A DNA stretch of 64,000 nt. Origin: Gemmatimonadota bacterium. GTDB taxonomy: Bacteria > Gemmatimonadota > Gemmatimonadetes > Gemmatimonadales > GWC2-71-9. The translations under genes were made by a program, and so were the position numbers. The notes below the pieces were generated by a model, which saw only the letters and a program-made list of their open reading frames with translations, did no database searches and was not told the origin of the DNA. Positions within the stretch are counted from its first letter, which is position 1. Every line of letters starts with the position of its first letter. Below are positions 57,797 through 64,000 of the stretch, one piece after another. Location of the stretch: NCBI GenBank assembly GCA_039588295.1, contig JBDHAB010000006.1:18358-82357 (forward strand), in the 5' to 3' direction.

Positions 57797-60193
57797 CTAG
57801 GACCGCGCGATCGGGGCGCCGAGGCAGGTATTGGGAATGCCGAATGCGTCCACCAAGGCCACCGCGTCGGTGCGAACTTCACCGCAGAGCTGGTTCACGA
57901 GCCCCCGGATCGCCTTCGCCTTGTTCGATGCGAGGTACCCGCTCTCCAGAAACCACCCACGGTCGTGTTCGATACGCCAGAGGGCGTAGAGATCGGCCAG
58001 GGATTTGAGTATGGGGCCGAACGATTTGTCCTGGTTTGCCGCGGACGCGATCAGGAACTGCTCGACGATCACTCGTTCGGCGTGGGCGCGCGCCAGGGCG
58101 ACAAGGTGATCCTGGCAGCTGTTGAACGCCGACAGCGAGTCGTGTCCGTCGTCGAACAGGCGCTTGAGTCGTTGCGCCGCCGATGCCAGGAGGCGCTGTT
58201 CACGGTACGTGAATGCGCCGAGTTGGAAGTCCGGGCCGCGCAGGTGGTCCTCGTCGGTCAGCCGGGTAATGATCGGGTTCAACTCCGTAACCGTCGTCGC
58301 GGTTCGCCGCGCCAGGAACTTGAGGACGCCGAAGAACTTGAGCTCGCCGAATTGGTGCCGATATTCGGTGAGCAGGCCCTTCGCAACGAGCTGGAGTAGG
58401 ACGGTGTTGTCGCCCTCGAACGTGGTGAACACATCGGTATCGGCCTTGAGGTGCGCGAAGCGATTGACCGTGAGGTACCCCTGGCCCCCGCATGCCTCGC
58501 GGCACGTCTGAAGGGTATCGATCGTCTGCCAGGTGCTGATCGCCTTGATCCCGGCCGCCAGCGCTTCCACCTCCCGCGCGTCTTCGTCTGTCCGATCGAG
58601 GAACCGCCGCACCAGGTACTTGACGGCGAAGTCGAGCGCATAGGCGGCTGCGAGGCGTGGCATGAGCCGACGCTGGTGGGTCAGGTAGTCGAGGATTACC
58701 TGTTCCGGTTCGCCGGCACGGCCGAATTGCCGACGCTCCGCGCCGTAGCGGATCGCGATCGCGAGCCCCGATTTGGCAGCGCTCAGCGCCGCCGCTGCGA
58801 CGCTGATCCGCCCACCGACGAGGGATCCGAGCATGGTGAAGAACCTTCGAGAGGGGTCGGCGATCGGGCTGTGGTATTCGCCGCCTGGGCTCACGTCCGC
58901 GAAGCGATTCAGCAGGTTCTCGCGCGGGATGCGCACGTGGTCGAACCAGATCCGCCCATTGTCGACGCCGTTGAGTCCGAGCTTTTCCCCGCAGTCCTCG
59001 ATTCGCACTCCCGGCAGTTGGTCGCCGTCTTCCGAGCGGATGGGCACGACGAACGCGTGTACCCCGTGGTGCTCCTCGTCTATTTCGAGTTGGGCGAACA
59101 CCGTGGCGAGACGACCATGGAGCGCTGCATTCCCAATGTAGTCCTTCCGCGCCTCGTCGGTCGGTGTGTGGATCACGAACTCGTCGCTGCCGATGTCGAA
59201 CCGCGCGACGGTTTCGACATCGCGCACGTTGGAGCCGTGACCCGTCTCAGTCATGGCGAAACAGCCTGGCAGGTCGAGGGTTCCGGCGGCGTGGAGGTAG
59301 CGATCGTGGTGGTCACGCGTGCCCAGCTGGTGGATACTGCCGCCGAACAACCCGAACTGGACGCCGAACTTGACGACGAGGCTGAGGTCAAAGAAGGCGA
59401 GTTGCTCGAACGTGGCGATGAACGACCCGAGGTCGTCTCTCCCGCCGTACGCCGCTGGGTAAGCGGTGGCGCCGAGGCTGTGGCCGGCAAGTGTGCGGCA
59501 CCACTCCAGGACGCGCTCGCGGTAGGTTGCCTTGTCGAGTCCGTACGCATAGCGAAAGGAAGCCTTCCCTAGCAGAGAACGGACCGCCTGCCGCGCCTCT
59601 CCATATTCCCCATCCAATACTCCCGTCAAGCCTGCCACATCGAATCGGCGGGGCTCCTCCGGGGGCACGACGCGCTCCGGCGCCGCGGCAACCAGCTCCT
59701 GTGAGGCCTCGGTCCCGATCACGCCCATGGCACGCTCAATCTCGGCGAGGGCGTGTTGCGCCTCCTCCGTCTCCCAATCGCCAAGATCTTCTGCGCCCTG
59801 GCGTGCCAGCTCGATCCCCAACTCTGCCAGCGATCGCCGCCGCGCACTTGGCAGGCGTCGGGCGAGTCGTCGAATCGTCCCTAAGAGGTGCTGGAGCTCT
59901 CGCGCCGTCGGCGGCGACTGAGGGTCCAGCCAGGCACGGATGACGCGTTGCACATCGGCGCCGAGCCAGCCCTGTTTGGCCACGATCTCCGAGATCACCT
60001 GCATCTCGCTCATGGTGAGCGTGCAGTCCGCCCATGCCACGTAGATCAGGGGAAGCAGGGGGAGGAGAGCGGGGTCAATCCGATCCGGCATGCGTGGTGG
60101 GTGTTCCTGCGCCATGTGCGTGCTCCGTTCCGTCATCGCCGTGGAGATAGCCCGGTCACCTGGCCTACGATACGCGTGGACCGTATTGTACAC
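57797..60193 (-). CDS. Acyl-CoA dehydrogenase/oxidase-family flavoprotein with ~250-aa N-terminal TerB/DjlA-N-like extension (start may be at an internal Met, 60115-60136)
   Basis: ACAD core MTETGHGSNVRDVETVA...; C-terminal four-helix domain; the N-terminal extension has no ACAD similarity. Confidence 0.7.
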   Translation of the reverse strand: MYNTVHAYRRPGDRAISTAMTERSTHMAQEHPPRMPDRIDPALLPLLPLIYVAWADCTLTMSEMQVISEIVAKQGWLGADVQRVIRAWLDPQSPPTARELQHLLGTIRRLARRLPSARRRSLAELGIELARQGAEDLGDWETEEAQHALAEIERAMGVIGTEASQELVAAAPERVVPPEEPRRFDVAGLTGVLDGEYGEARQAVRSLLGKASFRYAYGLDKATYRERVLEWCRTLAGHSLGATAYPAAYGGRDDLGSFIATFEQLAFFDLSLVVKFGVQFGLFGGSIHQLGTRDHHDRYLHAAGTLDLPGCFAMTETGHGSNVRDVETVARFDIGSDEFVIHTPTDEARKDYIGNAALHGRLATVFAQLEIDEEHHGVHAFVVPIRSEDGDQLPGVRIEDCGEKLGLNGVDNGRIWFDHVRIPRENLLNRFADVSPGGEYHSPIADPSRRFFTMLGSLVGGRISVAAAALSAAKSGLAIAIRYGAERRQFGRAGEPEQVILDYLTHQRRLMPRLAAAYALDFAVKYLVRRFLDRTDEDAREVEALAAGIKAISTWQTIDTLQTCREACGGQGYLTVNRFAHLKADTDVFTTFEGDNTVLLQLVAKGLLTEYRHQFGELKFFGVLKFLARRTATTVTELNPIITRLTDEDHLRGPDFQLGAFTYREQRLLASAAQRLKRLFDDGHDSLSAFNSCQDHLVALARAHAERVIVEQFLIASAANQDKSFGPILKSLADLYALWRIEHDRGWFLESGYLASNKAKAIRGLVNQLCGEVRTDAVALVDAFGIPNTCLGAPIARS

Positions 60194-60220
60194 CGTCGAT
60201 CGATTCGGAGACTATGGCAC

Positions 60221-62458
60221 GTGCCCGAGTTGTTGCAACAGGTCAAGCTTGCCCTCGCCAGCCGTTATGCTGTTGAGCGGGCCCTCGGCCAGGGGGGGAT
60301 GGCGAGCGTGTTTCTCGCCGAAGACTTGAAGCACGGGCGGCAGGTGGCCGTCAAGGTCATCCGACCGGAACTCACGCTGACCATCGGGATGGACCGGTTT
60401 CTACGGGAGATCGGCATCGCCTCGCGTCTCAGCCACCCGCACATCCTTCCCGTGTACGATTCCGGTGAGGCGTCCCGGCTCATGTATTACGTGATGCCCT
60501 ACGTTGCCGGCGAGTCCCTCCGCATGCTGCTGGACCGGGTTACGCGGCTGGAGGTGGATGAGGCGGTACAGATCGCGTCGGAGGTGGCTGGGGCGTTGGC
60601 CCACGCGCATGCGCACCACGTGATTCATCGCGACATCAAACCGGCGAACATTCTTCTCTCAGACGGGCATGCGGTCGTCGTGGATTTCGGCGTTGCACGG
60701 GCGATCGGCGATGTGGGGAGAGAGTCGATTACGGCACCGGGCATCGCCGTGGGTACGCCGTCGTACATGAGTCCCGAGCAGGCGAGTGGTGAGCGGCAGC
60801 TCGACGGTCGCAGTGACATCTACTCGCTTGGCTGTGTGCTCTTTGAGATGCTGGTCGGCGAGCCACCGTATACGGGCCCCAGCACTCACGCGGTGATTGC
60901 GAAGTGCTTCTCGCAGCCGACGCCGTCCGCCCGTGCGGAGCGCCGCAAAGTACCGATCCACGTCGACCGCGCGATTGCCCGAGCGCTCGCGAAGGTTCCG
61001 GCCGAGCGCTTCTCGACCGCGACCGAGTTCGCCGACGCACTGTCCGATCCGGGTGCCCTGCCGCCACCGCCGGCTCCGACGTCCATCGCGGTCCTGCCGT
61101 TCGTCAACCTACAGGGCGATCAGGAAGACGACTACCTGAGCGACGGCATCACTGAAGAGATCATCAGCGCTCTGAGCAAGCTGCAAGGCCTGCGGGTAGC
61201 AGCCCGGACCTCCTCGTTCGCCTATAAGGGCACGTCTGAGAGCATACCCCGCATCGGCACCGAGCTCGGGGTTGCTGCGGTGCTGGACGGCACCGTTCGC
61301 CGTTCGGGTGACCGTCTGCGCGTGTCCGCGCAGCTCACGAACGTGAGCGAAGGATATCCGCTCTGGGCCGAGCAGTTTGATCGGGAGATGGAGGATGTAT
61401 TTGCGATCCAGGACGAGATCGCCGGGGCGATTGTCGCGACCCTGAAGGGGCGCCTGGCGGCCGAGCGGCGCGAGCGCATCGTGAAACGCTACACGGAGAA
61501 TGTCGAGGCGTACGAGCTGTACCTCAAGGGGCGTTATGTCGAGAAGACTCGGCGGCCGGCGGGGTTTGCCAAGGGAATCGAGTACTTCGAGCAAGCGATC
61601 GCCAAGGACCCCCATTACGCCCTCGCGCATGCAGGACTGGCCGACTCGCACACCCTGCTTGCGTGGTACCGGTTCCTCGCTCCCCACGAGGCGTTTCCCA
61701 AAGCGAACATCGCTGCGATGCGTGCGCTCGATATCGACGAGCTTCTACCCGAGGCGCATACGGCGCAGGCTCAGGTCAGATTCTACTACGAGTGGGATTG
61801 GAATGGTGCGGAGCGGGCATTCTCCCGCGCCCTGGAGCTGAACCCGAACGACGCGACGGCCCTCCACCTGTATGCGGAGTACCTCGCGTCCCAGCGCCGC
61901 CTGAACGAGGCATTGGCCCACGTGCAGCGCGGTCACATGCTGGAGCCACTGTCGCCGACGATCAACGCCGGCCTGGGGTGGATGCACTACTTCTGTCGGG
62001 ATTATGGACAGGCGATTGAGCACTTTCGCAGCACGCTGGAGCTGGATCCCGAGTACGTCTTTCTGCACTGGTTTCTCGGCCAATGCTACCTGTTGAGCGG
62101 GGAGTATGATACGGCCGTCGACACGCTGCGCCGTGGGCTGGAGGTGAGCGACGGCCATCCCGGCATGGCGGCGTATCTGTCGTACGCCTGCGGTCGGGCC
62201 GGCGACCGCGCGGAGGCCTCAGTGTTGCTGGATTCCCTCGTGCAGCAGGCCGTCGAGCACTATGTCCCGAGTGATTACCTCGCCGTTGCGCATGTGGGTC
62301 TCGGACAACTGGACGACGCGATTCGCTGGCTGGAGCGCGCATGCCGGGAGCGCGCACTGCATCTCGTGTTTCTCGATGTCGACCCGCTGTTCGACGAGCT
62401 CCGAGCGGACGAGCGCTTCACCCGAATCCTGCAGAACCTTGGACTGAAGCGAGGCTAG
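60221..62458 (+). CDS. Ser/Thr protein kinase + TolB-N-like domain + TPR repeats (paralogue of 33934-36138)
   Basis: GQGGMASVFLA, VAVK, HRDIKPANILL, DFGVARA, TPSYMSPE; then IAVLPFVNLQGDQEDDYLSDGITEEIISALSK...; TPR helices. GTG start at 60221, because the track start 59888 overlaps the divergent ACAD gene. Confidence 0.85.
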   Translation: MPELLQQVKLALASRYAVERALGQGGMASVFLAEDLKHGRQVAVKVIRPELTLTIGMDRFLREIGIASRLSHPHILPVYDSGEASRLMYYVMPYVAGESLRMLLDRVTRLEVDEAVQIASEVAGALAHAHAHHVIHRDIKPANILLSDGHAVVVDFGVARAIGDVGRESITAPGIAVGTPSYMSPEQASGERQLDGRSDIYSLGCVLFEMLVGEPPYTGPSTHAVIAKCFSQPTPSARAERRKVPIHVDRAIARALAKVPAERFSTATEFADALSDPGALPPPPAPTSIAVLPFVNLQGDQEDDYLSDGITEEIISALSKLQGLRVAARTSSFAYKGTSESIPRIGTELGVAAVLDGTVRRSGDRLRVSAQLTNVSEGYPLWAEQFDREMEDVFAIQDEIAGAIVATLKGRLAAERRERIVKRYTENVEAYELYLKGRYVEKTRRPAGFAKGIEYFEQAIAKDPHYALAHAGLADSHTLLAWYRFLAPHEAFPKANIAAMRALDIDELLPEAHTAQAQVRFYYEWDWNGAERAFSRALELNPNDATALHLYAEYLASQRRLNEALAHVQRGHMLEPLSPTINAGLGWMHYFCRDYGQAIEHFRSTLELDPEYVFLHWFLGQCYLLSGEYDTAVDTLRRGLEVSDGHPGMAAYLSYACGRAGDRAEASVLLDSLVQQAVEHYVPSDYLAVAHVGLGQLDDAIRWLERACRERALHLVFLDVDPLFDELRADERFTRILQNLGLKRG

Positions 62459-62460
62459 GG

Positions 62461-63561
62461 ATGCCGATACGCGCGGTGGTCATGACGCGACCCGAAACGC
62501 CATTGGAGCAATGGGATCTCGACGATCCGCTGCTGGAGGATGGAAGCATGCTTCTCGAGACGGTCGCGAGCGAGGTGTGCGGGACGGACGTGCACCTGTA
62601 CCACGGTCGTCTCGAAGGGGTGCCGTACCCGATCGTACCGGGCCACGTGAGTGTCGGGCGCATTCTCGAGTTGCAGGGTGTCGACCACGACGCCATGGGG
62701 CAGCCACTGCGTGTCGGAGACGAGGTCACGTTCTACGACGTCCACGAGGTGTGTAACGCCTGCTACCATTGCACCGTGGTGCAGCAGCCGAACCGGTGTC
62801 CCAGTCGCCGAGTTTACGGGATCACGTACTCCGCGACCGAGGGTCCGTTGGGTGGTTGGGCCGAGCGGATCTATCTCAAGCCGGGTGTGCGGGCGCTCAG
62901 GCTACCCGAGGGGCTCACGTCGGACGACGTCATCGGCGGTGGGTGCGGGCTCTTTACGGGGTTTGCGGCGGTGGAGCGAAGCGATCTCGCGATGGGCGAC
63001 TTCGTCGTGGTACAGGGTGCCGGTCCCGTCGGGCTGGGCGCGGCGGCGTTTGCAGCGCTCAGGGGCGCGCATACGGTTGCCCTGATCGGTGCGCCACAGG
63101 CGCGACTCGACCTGGCGAAAAAGTTGGGTGCGGACGTGGTCCTTTCGTTGGACCGGCCCATGGAAGAGCGTGCCGCCGTGGTGCGGTCCCTCACGTCGGG
63201 CCGCGGGGCAGACGTGATCATCGAGGCAAGCGGGAACCCACTGGCCATCACCGAGGCACTCGAGCTCTTGCGCGACGGCGGAACCTACGTCGTCGGCGGG
63301 CACTACACCGATACCGGGACGGTCGCGATCAACCCGCATACCCACATCAATCGGCGCCACGCGAACATCCTCGGCCAGTGGGGCACGGATTTTCGGCACA
63401 TCGTCCGAGCGCTGCGCCTCCTGGCCAAGCACCGGGACCGCCTGCGGTTCAGTCAGATCATCGGTGCACGATATGGGTTGGCGCAGGCGGAGAATGCTCT
63501 GCAGGATGTCGCGGCGCTACGCGTGACCAAGGCGATCATCGACCCCTCGCTCGGGCGGTGA
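62461..63561 (+). CDS. Zinc-dependent medium-chain alcohol dehydrogenase family (threonine/sorbitol dehydrogenase-like)
   Basis: Catalytic Zn CGTDVHLY...GHV..G; structural Zn CNACYHCTVVQQPNRC; Rossmann VVQGAGPVGL. Confidence 0.8.
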   Translation: MPIRAVVMTRPETPLEQWDLDDPLLEDGSMLLETVASEVCGTDVHLYHGRLEGVPYPIVPGHVSVGRILELQGVDHDAMGQPLRVGDEVTFYDVHEVCNACYHCTVVQQPNRCPSRRVYGITYSATEGPLGGWAERIYLKPGVRALRLPEGLTSDDVIGGGCGLFTGFAAVERSDLAMGDFVVVQGAGPVGLGAAAFAALRGAHTVALIGAPQARLDLAKKLGADVVLSLDRPMEERAAVVRSLTSGRGADVIIEASGNPLAITEALELLRDGGTYVVGGHYTDTGTVAINPHTHINRRHANILGQWGTDFRHIVRALRLLAKHRDRLRFSQIIGARYGLAQAENALQDVAALRVTKAIIDPSLGR

Positions 63562-63578
63562 GTCTCCAGTTCGCGACG

Positions 63579-64000
63579 CTACGGATAGAGGCGTTCCAAG
63601 GCCCAGCCTGACTCTGTCCTCGTGTACCGCAGCCGGTCGTGCAGTCGATTGAGGCGGCCCTGCCAGAACTCGATCCGGTCGGGACGCAAGCGAAACCCGC
63701 CCCAGAAGGGGGGCAAGGGAACGTTCTCCCCCTTGAACTTGTCCTCGTACTTGCGAAACTGGTCGTCGAGCACGGTACGGCTTTCGAGCGGGCGACTTTG
63801 TTGGGAGGCCCAGGCTCCGATGCGGCTTCCGCGCGCCCGGCTCCGAAAATAGGTCTCGGACTCCTCCGGCGTGATTCGCTCGACCAGGCCCTCCGCGCGC
63901 ACCTGACGTTCGAGGACCGACCAGTAGAAGATCAACGCCGCCCGGGGGTTGGCGAGCAGCTCGTCGCTCTTCCGGCTCTCGTAGTTGGTGTAGAATACGA
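63579..64000 (-). CDS. pdxH: Pyridoxamine 5'-phosphate oxidase (N-terminus runs off the window end)
   Basis: Minus-strand translation continues in frame to position 64000 (...[37 protein letters not shown]...); C-terminal [32 protein letters not shown] is the PNPOx signature. Confidence 0.8.
   Translation of the reverse strand, partial: VFYTNYESRKSDELLANPRAALIFYWSVLERQVRAEGLVERITPEESETYFRSRARGSRIGAWASQQSRPLESRTVLDDQFRKYEDKFKGENVPLPPFWGGFRLRPDRIEFWQGRLNRLHDRLRYTRTESGWALERLYP

Noticed and set aside
59888-60220. Long N-terminal extension of the second Ser/Thr kinase from the track start at 59888
   Set aside because: It overlaps the 5' end of the divergent acyl-CoA dehydrogenase gene and has no kinase similarity; the kinase N-terminus (VPELLQQVKLALASRYAVERALGQGGMASV) aligns with its paralogue when started at GTG 60221.
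1-64000. Mobile elements, CRISPR arrays, restriction-modification / toxin-antitoxin / other defence systems, tRNA or rRNA genes
   Set aside because: Looked for transposase/integrase motifs, direct repeat-spacer arrays, tRNA-like cloverleaf segments in intergenic gaps and nuclease/methylase signatures; none found. Intergenic regions are short and the window looks like core chromosome with accessory metabolic and surface-protein loci.

Overview
High-GC (~65-70%) bacterial chromosomal segment, gene-dense on both strands. The many Ser/Thr-kinase + TolB-N-like + TPR proteins, a clade-II-type nos cluster and large secreted beta-helix proteins suggest a Gemmatimonadetes/Acidobacteria-like organism (low-confidence guess). 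Housekeeping genes: rho (partial), site-2-protease-family M50 peptidase, cysK, thrC, pfkA, purL, pdxH (partial). Accessory content: (i) a translationally coupled cluster of five secreted proteins carrying cohesin-like and dockerin-like modules plus Big_2, TolB-propeller and parallel beta-helix domains (5641-16515); (ii) a putative GalNAc/hexosamine salvage locus (GH109-like, phosphodiesterase, GHMP kinase, NTP-transferase, SSF transporter, GH20); (iii) an NfeD-flotillin pair with a zinc-ribbon membrane protein; (iv) a DUF411/CopG-family gene whose CxCC motif has an in-frame TGA at the first Cys (selenocysteine candidate or pseudogene); (v) a minimal clade-II-like nosZ-nosB-nosD-nosF-nosY cluster with a divergent Rrf2 regulator and a palindromic operator candidate; (vi) a multi-GAF/PAS histidine kinase, a stand-alone receiver and a HisKA-REC-Ser/Thr-kinase fusion. 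No rRNA, tRNA, CRISPR or transposase genes were recognised. Many long antisense ORFs in the six-frame track are GC-rich frame artefacts.
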